32,000 bases of DNA from Thermoproteus tenax Kra 1 (lineage in GTDB: Archaea > Thermoproteota > Thermoprotei > Thermoproteales > Thermoproteaceae): the NCBI RefSeq assembly GCF_000253055.1, contig NC_016070.1, positions 150,001 to 182,000 on the forward strand, in the 5' to 3' direction. Positions within the stretch are counted from its first letter, which is position 1. Each line of letters opens with the position of its first letter. This document shows positions 24,918 through 32,000 of this stretch, one piece after another. A model generated the notes under the pieces. It was not told the origin of the DNA. It was given only the letters and a program-made list of their open reading frames with translations, and searched no databases. Both the position numbers and the translations under genes were made by a program.

Positions 24918-26447
24918 ATGAAGAATCTATATATCGCAGCAATAATTGTAGCAATAGTAATAGTAGGAGTAATTGCGGGAATAATGCTGACAAGAACACC
25001 ACCATCAGTAACAACAACAGTGTCAACTACCACAATAACAACTGTTACCACAATAACAACTGCGCCAACTACTACTACAACAACTGGACCCATAGTATTC
25101 TATACATGGTGGGCTACAACGGGGAAAGTGGCATTAAATCATTTAATTCCAGTATTTGAACAGCAAACGGGGATAACAGTACAACCCTATATAGTTCCAG
25201 GGGCAGGAGGTACTAACGCAAAATATGCAATATTAGCACTAATAGAAGCAGGGAAACCACCAGCAGCCTTCCAAGTACATTTTGGCCCAGAAATGATATC
25301 CTATGTAGAGGCGGCACCCAACAGAATAAACTCCTTCGTAAACATGACGCCATACGCAATGGAGTGGGATCTATTTAACAATGCAGTGTATGAAGTACTA
25401 CAAGCAGGTGCATTTAACGGAACATTACTATCAATACCAGTGAATGTGCACAGAGGTGCTTTATTATACGTTAATGTACAATTGCTAAGGGAATACAACC
25501 TACCATTCCCATATAACTTTAGCACGTTGGTCTACGACACAGTACAACTGGCAAAACATGGAATACACCCATGGATAATACCGGGAGGAGACGGAGGATG
25601 GGATCAATTCAACCTATGGGAGGATATATTCCTGTCCTTAGCGGGACCACAACTATATAATGAGATGATGTATGGAACAATAGACCTAAACAACGCGACA
25701 GTACAAAAATTAATAAATGAAACCAATTACTGGTTCCTAAACTTCACATCCTATGATTATCCAGGGTGGCAATCAATGACATGGACCCAAGGGCTGACGC
25801 TATTAGTACAGGGAAAAGTAGCATTCCAGGCAAACGGGAACTGGCTAACAAACTACGCTTATGACTTCCTAAACGTAACAGCTTATCCACCACTACCCCA
25901 ATACATAAACAACCCGAATGTAACACTAATAGAAGCCCCATTCCCAGGGACGCAGGACTATTACGCGCTAGTAATAGACTCCATTGGGATCCCAGTAGGA
26001 CCGCAAGACCAACAAGCTTTGCAATTTGCCCACTTCTGGTCCTCATATCAAGGACAGGAAATATGGACAAAGTGGAAGGCAGTTACTTATTATAAGAATG
26101 CTACTGATTGGTTTAATACCCCTGCTCAGTGGTACGATTATCAGCAGTTAATCAACGATTCCTCTCGTCCGCAAGACTTCGTTTACCAATTATCGGATGG
26201 TGGAGTTTTCGACGACGTATTTGCCCAAATAGACTCTGGATTACTAACATTACAACAAATAGGACCCGCGGGATTATCAGTATGGAATTCTACACTATAC
26301 TCAGCAATGCATGAAGAAGAACAACAATGGTTGGCTGCCGCAAAACTAGGGCTAGGATACCTGGGATTTCCTGGCCATCCGTTTGCAAACTACTATCCAC
26401 CATGGGTTAAGGACCCATCGAAGTACGGATTAGAACAAACCTCTTAG
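24918..26447 (+). CDS. glcS: Sugar ABC transporter substrate-binding protein (GlcS-like) with N-terminal membrane anchor and Thr-rich linker
   Basis: The hydrophobic N-terminus is LYIAAIIVAIVIVGVIAGIML, followed by a Thr-rich linker and then a large Trp/Tyr/Asn-rich solute-binding domain. It is the first gene of the low-GC operon. The symbol is by analogy to S. solfataricus glcSTUV only. Confidence 0.8.
   Translation: MKNLYIAAIIVAIVIVGVIAGIMLTRTPPSVTTTVSTTTITTVTTITTAPTTTTTTGPIVFYTWWATTGKVALNHLIPVFEQQTGITVQPYIVPGAGGTNAKYAILALIEAGKPPAAFQVHFGPEMISYVEAAPNRINSFVNMTPYAMEWDLFNNAVYEVLQAGAFNGTLLSIPVNVHRGALLYVNVQLLREYNLPFPYNFSTLVYDTVQLAKHGIHPWIIPGGDGGWDQFNLWEDIFLSLAGPQLYNEMMYGTIDLNNATVQKLINETNYWFLNFTSYDYPGWQSMTWTQGLTLLVQGKVAFQANGNWLTNYAYDFLNVTAYPPLPQYINNPNVTLIEAPFPGTQDYYALVIDSIGIPVGPQDQQALQFAHFWSSYQGQEIWTKWKAVTYYKNATDWFNTPAQWYDYQQLINDSSRPQDFVYQLSDGGVFDDVFAQIDSGLLTLQQIGPAGLSVWNSTLYSAMHEEEQQWLAAAKLGLGYLGFPGHPFANYYPPWVKDPSKYGLEQTS
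25005..25088 (+). repeat. Low-complexity Thr-rich (ACN-codon) linker within the binding protein
   Basis: The segment encodes SVTTTVSTTTITTVTTITTAPTTTTTTG. Read out of frame, it produces the spurious N/Y-rich ORF 24683..25159. Confidence 0.8.
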
Positions 26448-26663
26448 TAATAACCGGATCAAATAGTATTCCTCTTTTTTAACTTGAGTAAACTGCCCCG
26501 TGTCTACGATCACGACTTCGATGGCGGCTATTCCGGTATCTTCTGCGGCGAGAGAGACCTTACTTGTGTTGGCGATAACGATGAGTTTTGCATCAATATT
26601 GAACGCATCTACAGCGCAACCAAGGTCGGCGGTCTCTACCTTGTCATACCCTAGTTTTTTCAC
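26430..26663 (-). other. Questionable 77-aa ORF or possible gene remnant in the GC-richer spacer between glcS and glcT
   Basis: The ORF lies on the opposite strand inside the roughly 340-bp piece whose composition resembles the host. It overlaps the glcS stop by 18 nt. No motif was recognised. Confidence 0.25.
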
Positions 26664-26754
26664 TCATAGAGTTGTGCGTATTGGGCAGATTGTCGATGCA
26701 CACAAGCTCTACAGGCTCATAAGGGAGAGGGGCTTCTGAAGTTGAAGTCGGAAT

Positions 26755-26797
26755 ACGTGACACATGCCGGCGGCGACTTTCAACTCCTCGTCCGGGT
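26755..26797 (-). repeat. Inverted-repeat copy B (partner at 24804..24846)
   Basis: See copy A. It lies 33 nt upstream of the glcT ATG. A weaker third relative is at about 29808..29846, in the same orientation as B. Confidence 0.85.
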
Positions 26798-26829
26798 AAA
26801 TATATATACCACATAATTTATAATCGATA

Positions 26830-27687
26830 ATGAAAAAGAGTACTATAATCTTAGTAATTCCTACAGCGCTCTTTTCCGCGATATTATTATACTTAGTGAT
26901 ATGGAACGCTGTAATATCCTTTACTAATTGGTCTTTATTTAATCCTAAAATGTCTTTCGTGGGTTTGGAGACTTATTTTAGCGTGGTAAAAACTTTTCAG
27001 TTCTCCAATTCTATGCTTCATTCGTTAGAATTATCAGCAAGTTTAGTTACAATTGGTAATATTCTAGGAATATTGTTTGCAGGTTTGCTATATTTTCTAT
27101 CATCCAATAAAGCTAGATCGGTATTTCTTTCAATCATACTTTATCCATTAGCAATATCCATGGCTGTTAACGCCTTAATTTGGTTATGGCTGTTTAATAT
27201 AAACATCGGTATTGATTGGCTGTTGGTGAGAATAGGTTTACCTCAGCTTCCCTGGTTATCCTCTACATCTACGATGTTTCCCAGTTTGATTTTAGTAACA
27301 ATATGGGCTTACACTGGAATTGCAACGTTATTTTATTTGGCCGGGTTCATGAATATAGATAAATCTGTAATAGAGGCCGCGAGGTTAGATAGTGCAAGTT
27401 CCTTCAAGATATTATATAAAATATTATTACCTAACTCATTTAATTCGTTTATTGTGTCGACGGCTTTGTTGTTCCTATTTTCCTTTAGGATATTCAGCTT
27501 ACCTTATATACTATCTGGCGGGCCTACTAATATTTTCCTTCAGACTGCCGTAGTATATATGTATTACCTTTTTACTGTTGAGTTCTTCTCTCAAGCTACT
27601 GCAGTAGCTACAATAATTACCGTTATCGCTTCCGTGGTAATAATTCCTTATGCGCTAATTATAATGAGGAGGTGGATTAGGAAATGA
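26830..27687 (+). CDS. glcT: Sugar ABC transporter permease (GlcT-like, MalF/CUT1 type)
   Basis: Six TM segments are predicted, with an EAA-like loop IEAARLDSASSFKILYKILLP. Codon usage is A/T-rich. Confidence 0.88.
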   Translation: MKKSTIILVIPTALFSAILLYLVIWNAVISFTNWSLFNPKMSFVGLETYFSVVKTFQFSNSMLHSLELSASLVTIGNILGILFAGLLYFLSSNKARSVFLSIILYPLAISMAVNALIWLWLFNINIGIDWLLVRIGLPQLPWLSSTSTMFPSLILVTIWAYTGIATLFYLAGFMNIDKSVIEAARLDSASSFKILYKILLPNSFNSFIVSTALLFLFSFRIFSLPYILSGGPTNIFLQTAVVYMYYLFTVEFFSQATAVATIITVIASVVIIPYALIIMRRWIRK

Positions 27688-28532
27688 GACCGGTTATAAA
27701 AGCGAGCTTACATTATTTAGCATTAAGTATAGTGAGTATTTTATGGTTAATACCGGTTTACGCTATGATAATTAACGGATTTAAGAGTAATCTAGAAGCA
27801 CTATCAAGCCCAGTTTTATCTCCTCCGAGATCTTTTTCTCTAACTGCTTATATTACAGTGTTTAATGATTTAGCGAAACCCTTGATAAACAGTCTAATAG
27901 TGGTAATACCCACGGCTTTCATCTCAGCATTTTTGGGAGCTATGGGAGCTTATTTCTTCTATACTTTGTCTTATTCCTTTAGTAAGTTCTCATCTACAAT
28001 TAGCGATTTATTATTCTCCTTAATCGCGTTAGCCACTTTCATACCTTATCAAGCCACATTAATTCCACTAACTAGATTAATAGTCAGCATGGGTATTCTA
28101 GATACTTATATAGGCATAATTTTTGCAATGCTTATATTCTATATTCCTACTGGGGCATTACTAATGTCGATGTTCATTTCAGTTATCCCGAGAAGTCTAA
28201 TAGAGGCCGCTAAAATAGATGGAACCGGCGACCTGAAAATATTTATGAAAATAGTACTTCCTCTATCTATGCCAGGCTTCATATCAACTCTAATATTTAT
28301 AATAATACAATCATGGAATAACTTCTTCATTCCTCTAATTCTAATTACTACTCCAAATATGAGGTTAGTTTCAGTTGCAGTGCAATCATATACTGGAGGA
28401 TACGGCACATTATATAATGACACATTTGCGGCGGCAATGATAGCCAGTATAGTTCCGCTGGCAATATTTATATTTCTTGGAAGATACTTCATTAGGGGCC
28501 TAATAGCACTAGGAGGAGGTAAGGGGGTATAA
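27684..28532 (+). CDS. glcU: Sugar ABC transporter permease (GlcU-like, MalG/CUT1 type)
   Basis: The gene has an ATGA overlap with glcT. The EAA loop is IEAAKIDGTGDLKIFMKIVLP, and six TM segments are predicted. Confidence 0.88.
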   Translation: MRPVIKASLHYLALSIVSILWLIPVYAMIINGFKSNLEALSSPVLSPPRSFSLTAYITVFNDLAKPLINSLIVVIPTAFISAFLGAMGAYFFYTLSYSFSKFSSTISDLLFSLIALATFIPYQATLIPLTRLIVSMGILDTYIGIIFAMLIFYIPTGALLMSMFISVIPRSLIEAAKIDGTGDLKIFMKIVLPLSMPGFISTLIFIIIQSWNNFFIPLILITTPNMRLVSVAVQSYTGGYGTLYNDTFAAAMIASIVPLAIFIFLGRYFIRGLIALGGGKGV

Positions 28533-29593
28533 TGGTTAGGATTATAGCTAAGAACATTTCTAAATACTTCAAGAAGGGTAAGAATAGAGTAGTAGCCTTA
28601 GAAAACATAAATCTAACAATTGAGAATGGCGAAAGATTCGGAATCTTAGGACCTAGTGGAGCAGGAAAGACAACGCTATTGAGGATAATAGCAGGACTTG
28701 AGGTACCATCAGAAGGGGAGTTATACTTCGATGATAAATTAGTGGCAAAAGGCGGGAAAGTAATAGTTCCACCAGAAGATAGGAGAATAGGAATGGTATT
28801 CCAAACCTGGGCGTTATATCCTAATCTAACAGCCTATGAGAATATAGCATTCCCACTAACTAATATAAAATTAAGTAAAGAAGAGATAAGAAAAAGAGTA
28901 GAAGAAATAGCCAGGATATTAGATATAACTCATGTATTAAACCATTATCCGAGAGAGCTATCTGGAGGACAGCAACAAAGAGTAGCCTTAGCAAGGGCAC
29001 TAGTAAAAAACCCCTCGCTTCTACTATTAGACGAACCATTTAGTAACTTAGATGCAAGAATAAGAGATAGTGCAAGGGCACTAGTAAAAGAGGTTCAAAG
29101 CAAGCTAGGAGTAACATTGTTAATAGTTTCCCATGATCCGGCAGACATATTTGCACTAGCAGATAGAGTGGGAGTCTTAATCAAAGGAAAACTAGTTCAA
29201 GTAGGCCCACCAGAAGAAATATATAATAAACCTATATCTATAGAGGTAGCATCACTAATAGGAGAAATAAATAGGATAGAAGGAAAAGTAACGAAAGAAG
29301 GAGTAATAATAGGAAGCTTCAAAATACCAGTAAGCGTTAGTTCAGATAGGGCATTAATAGGGATTAGACCCGAAGACATAAAAATATCGAAAGAACCGAT
29401 CGAGGAAGAGAAATGGATATTAGTAGGAAAGGGAAGAGTAAAAGTAGTAGGTTATCAAGGTGGATTTTTCAGAGTAACAGTAAGTCCATTAGATTCAGAG
29501 GAAGAAATTGTAACTTATTCAGACCACCCAATAAAGGCAGGAGAAGAAATATTAGTATATGTGAAAAAAGGATCGATAAAAATATTCACTTAA
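28532..29593 (+). CDS. glcV: Sugar ABC transporter ATPase (GlcV/MalK-like)
   Basis: Walker A GPSGAGKT, LSGGQQQR, LLLDEPFSNLD and a C-terminal OB-like regulatory domain are present. Long blocks match my recollection of the crystallised S. solfataricus GlcV. They include MVRII.KN.SK.FKKGK, GERFGILGPSGAGKTT, IGMVFQTWALYPNLTA, DSARALVKEVQS, SHDPADIF and PLDSEEEI.TYSDHPI. Confidence 0.93.
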   Translation: MVRIIAKNISKYFKKGKNRVVALENINLTIENGERFGILGPSGAGKTTLLRIIAGLEVPSEGELYFDDKLVAKGGKVIVPPEDRRIGMVFQTWALYPNLTAYENIAFPLTNIKLSKEEIRKRVEEIARILDITHVLNHYPRELSGGQQQRVALARALVKNPSLLLLDEPFSNLDARIRDSARALVKEVQSKLGVTLLIVSHDPADIFALADRVGVLIKGKLVQVGPPEEIYNKPISIEVASLIGEINRIEGKVTKEGVIIGSFKIPVSVSSDRALIGIRPEDIKISKEPIEEEKWILVGKGRVKVVGYQGGFFRVTVSPLDSEEEIVTYSDHPIKAGEEILVYVKKGSIKIFT

Positions 29594-30093
29594 TTTTTGT
29601 TCTCTCAACTAATTATTACTAAAGTTTCTGATCCTAAGGGTTAGCGTTCGCTAGGGAGGTGACGCCTGTGGAGCCTAGGGCTATTGTCGCCGTCGACGTC
29701 AACTGTCTCGACCACTAAAGGTTGGTCTCGTGGCCGACGGCCGAGCCGTGGAGTTGTCGAAGTTCCCCAAGAGGGAGCGGATAGAGAAGACAAAGCAACC
29801 AGGTTTTTCCTCCGCACCGGCGACTATCACACTTTTAACCTCGTCCTCTTGTTTCACGAACGGCATCTGGCCCCGGGGCGGTTGACGGGGGCGCAAAGAC
29901 GGCGAAAATCGGCCGTTAGACGCCCTCTCGCCCCGGTGTACCCGGGGCGGGCCCTTGAGCCCCCTCGGGGGCAAGAGAGAGGTAGGGGGACGTTAGGCAC
30001 ACGTTTAGGCCCTCTGCCTGTACCGAAAAACGCGGACTTTCACTTGCGAGGAGGGGAACCGCCTCTAGGCGCATCCATAGGGGTTGGACAGAA

Positions 30094-30105
30094 CTTTTAT
30101 AAAGG
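30094..30105 (+). promoter_or_regulatory. TATA-like element cttttataaagg upstream of the PLP-enzyme gene
   Basis: It lies about 30 nt upstream of the in-frame GTG at 30132 and inside the longer track ORF that starts at 30084. This argues for the downstream start. Confidence 0.45.
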
Positions 30106-30131
30106 CGCACAGTCGTGCCTCTTATGTCGGG

Positions 30132-31127
30132 GTGCACGAATGCCTTGAGGCTGTCGCAGAGCTTCTGAGGAAGGGCAGAGTAGTCGCCGATGACAAATCG
30201 GCTCCCTGCCTCTCTTTGGTCTTCCTGCGTAAGGTCTCCTCTGGGGAAACCCTCGAGCTATCCGAGCTGTACCCAGCCGTAGATCCCTATAGAGTCTTCG
30301 AGAGCCCACTGGAGCTGTTGTTGAAGGGAGGGCCGACCCCGCTCCTCAAGGTCGGCGAGAGGCCCAAGGAGGCTTGGGCGAAGTTGGAGTGGTACAATCC
30401 GTTCAGCAGGAGCATCAAGGATAGGACGACGTACGCCCTGTTGAGGTCTGTCAACGGCGATAGGCTTGTGGAGGTATCAAGCGGCAACGTAGCCCTGGCG
30501 CTGAGCGCCATGGGGCTCCTCATGGGGAAGAGAGTGAAGGTCTATGTGCCGACGGCGGGCAGATACGTAGAGCCCTTCCTAGAGATCTATGGCGTTGAGC
30601 ACGAGGTCCTGGACGTCACTATGACCGTTGAGGCGTTGGAACACATCAGAAGCGATGTAGCCAAGGGCGCGGTGCACACGAACCAGTTCGAGAACGACGC
30701 AAACTTCTTTGCGCATATACGCACAGCGGCAGAGCTCGACTGGCAGCTTCAACGCAGGGGGAGGAGGCCCGACTTCATCGTGGCGGGCGTGGGCACCTCG
30801 GGCCATTCGGCGGCCCTCGGCTTCTACTTCTCTGTGAGGTACAAGTCGAAGTTGGTGGCGGTTCAGCCAAAGGACTGGATCCCCGGCCTCAGGAGGGTCG
30901 AGACAGGGGTGAAGTGGCTGAAGTGGGTCGACGCAGAGGTAGTCGACGTATCTTTCGAGGAAGCTATGAAGGGCGTGAGGGCTCTCGCCAGAAAGTTCGG
31001 GATACTGGCCGGCATAAGCTCAGGCGCCGTGTACTACGAGTACCTAAGGAGGAGCGAGGAGGGAGTCTACGCCATGGTGTTCCCCGACGACCTTTTCAAA
31101 TACTACGAGGTGTTGAGGAGCCGCTGA
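30132..31127 (+). CDS. PLP-dependent Trp-synthase-beta-fold enzyme of the cysteine synthase family (CysK/CysM/OPS-sulfhydrylase-like)
   Basis: KLEWYNPFSRSIKDR carries the PLP Lys. NQFENDANFFAH and the Gly loop GVGTSGH are also present. The start is uncertain: the track gives TTG at 30084, and I prefer GTG at 30132, downstream of the TATA element. Confidence 0.82.
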   Translation: MHECLEAVAELLRKGRVVADDKSAPCLSLVFLRKVSSGETLELSELYPAVDPYRVFESPLELLLKGGPTPLLKVGERPKEAWAKLEWYNPFSRSIKDRTTYALLRSVNGDRLVEVSSGNVALALSAMGLLMGKRVKVYVPTAGRYVEPFLEIYGVEHEVLDVTMTVEALEHIRSDVAKGAVHTNQFENDANFFAHIRTAAELDWQLQRRGRRPDFIVAGVGTSGHSAALGFYFSVRYKSKLVAVQPKDWIPGLRRVETGVKWLKWVDAEVVDVSFEEAMKGVRALARKFGILAGISSGAVYYEYLRRSEEGVYAMVFPDDLFKYYEVLRSR

Positions 31128-31378
31128 GGGGCCCGACTCCTTAGCCCCTCTCAAGAGGCTCGGGATACAGGGCGCGCTGGAAAGGCCGCAGCAAATCCGC
31201 CGAAAACAGTAGCTCTGTCCCCTTATGAGAGAGACCGGCCCCCTGGAGGTCGCTCCGCCCATAATGCCGTTGGCGGAGAAGAGATATAAACAGGGACAAT
31301 CCCCACTATATGTCCTGCCCCACTCTCCCGAGCGATTTTCCTGGCCCCCCTGCCTATGTCGACTGTTGGAACTGCCCC

Positions 31379-32000
31379 ATGATGAAGAAGGAGATGGACG
31401 CGTTGGAGCTGGCCTTCAGACGTAAGACTAAGATAACGGCCTATCTGGTGGACTACATTAGAAAGTACGCCGAGGAGCTCGCCAAGAGGGACCCCAAGTA
31501 TGTCTACAAAATTATGGACTTCTGCGGCACCCACGAGTGGACTATCGTCCACTTCGGCCTCAGGAGCGTGCTCGAGATGGCGGGGGTCAGAAACGTGGAG
31601 CTTGTGGCCGGGCCCGGCTGCCCCGTCTGTGTGACGCCCTCCTACTACCTAGAGCAGGCCATGAAGCTCGCCTTCGACGGCGTAGTAATATATACGTACG
31701 GAGACGTCTTCAAACTGCCCGCGATAAACAGGGTGAACGGCGCCAGGTCGCTGGCGGAGGCCAAGGCCCGCGGGGCAGACGTGAGGCTCGTCCACACGTT
31801 CTTACACGCTGTTATAGATGCAAAGAAGCACAACAAGCCCTCAGTCTTCCTGGGCATAGGCTTTGAGACGGTGGCGCCCGGCTATTCTGAGGCCATACTC
31901 AAGGGCCTAGTGCCGCCCAACCTCAAGCTCATGAGCTTAGTGAAGCTCACTCCGCCGGCTATGTTCTACGCTTTAGATATGGTGAGGGAGAAGCCCACAG
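31379..32000 (+). CDS. hypD: [NiFe]-hydrogenase maturation protein HypD, 3' end outside the window; not in the supplied ORF track
   Basis: My translation from the ATG at 31379 is MMKKEMDALELAF...IMDFCGTHEW...VAGPGCPVCVTP...GADVRLVH...FLGIGFETVAP... It is open to the window end. The CGxH, GPGCPVC and GFET motifs are HypD hallmarks. Confidence 0.85.
   Translation, partial: MMKKEMDALELAFRRKTKITAYLVDYIRKYAEELAKRDPKYVYKIMDFCGTHEWTIVHFGLRSVLEMAGVRNVELVAGPGCPVCVTPSYYLEQAMKLAFDGVVIYTYGDVFKLPAINRVNGARSLAEAKARGADVRLVHTFLHAVIDAKKHNKPSVFLGIGFETVAPGYSEAILKGLVPPNLKLMSLVKLTPPAMFYALDMVREKPT

Larger units (their letters stand above)
24870..29640 (+). other. Low-GC (roughly one-third G+C by eye) horizontally acquired segment carrying a Sulfolobales-like glucose-type ABC transporter operon; interrupted by a GC-richer piece at about 26460-26800
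   Basis: There is an abrupt change in base composition and in third-position codon usage (A/T-ending) relative to everything else in the window. The gene order is binding protein, permease, permease, ATPase. The boundaries are approximate to within about 20 nt. Confidence 0.7.

Noticed and set aside
24683-25159. 158-aa + strand ORF upstream of and overlapping glcS
   Set aside because: Its second half is the Thr-linker of glcS read out of frame (N/Y/S-rich nonsense). Its first half crosses the host/island compositional boundary. No motif is present, and a better gene occupies the locus.
29684-30148. 154-aa + strand ORF and the antisense 91-aa ORF (29699..29974) right of the island
   Set aside because: These are Arg/Gly/Pro-rich translations typical of random ORFs in GC-rich DNA. 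The + ORF runs through the TATA element of the next gene. The minus ORF is kept only as a possible pseudogene remnant in a finding.

Overview
This is a GC-rich crenarchaeal chromosome segment, roughly 55-60% G+C by eye. It looks most like Thermoproteales (Pyrobaculum/Thermoproteus-like). Supporting signs are eS25/eS26/eS30, TBP, Hjc, a family-B DNA polymerase, archaeal mevalonate genes, and A/T-rich TATA boxes about 25 nt upstream of start codons (leaderless style). I can support about 36 protein genes, mostly tightly packed and often with 1-4 nt overlaps.

Gene content, in order:
- A Dpp/Opp-type peptide ABC transporter (5' end off-window).
- A translation and tRNA-modification block: eS30, TrmI, ProRS, eS26, TrmY-like.
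- A CDP-alcohol phosphatidyltransferase and PolB.
- A mevalonate cluster: HMGR divergent from thiolase-like, DUF35 and HMGCS.
- eS25, then a tbp-orf-hjc-orf operon.
- A geranylgeranyl reductase, aldolase and RbkR operon.
- An orphan HerA-like ATPase.
- An accessory region at about 23.2-30.1 kb.
- A PLP enzyme and a partial HypD.

Two genes are missing from the supplied ORF track: eS30 (54 aa, below the length cutoff) and hypD (open to the window end).

Most notable observations:
1. The thiolase-fold protein in the thiolase/DUF35/HMG-CoA-synthase module has Asp and Asn where thiolases carry the catalytic Cys and His. Its neighbours are intact.
2. A low-GC block of about 4.8 kb encodes a glucose-type ABC transporter. 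Its ATPase looks, from memory, very close to Sulfolobus solfataricus GlcV. This suggests a recent, un-ameliorated transfer from Sulfolobales into a GC-rich host.
3. The island is interrupted and flanked by host-like GC-rich non-coding DNA. That DNA contains a 43-nt inverted repeat (38/43 identical) and a 27-nt copy (26/27) of the polB 3' flank.
4. A 100-nt, 19% GC, in-frame patch lies inside the GC-rich permease gene.

I saw no rRNA, convincing tRNA, CRISPR array, transposase or integrase. All homology calls come from motif recognition and memory; nothing was searched.
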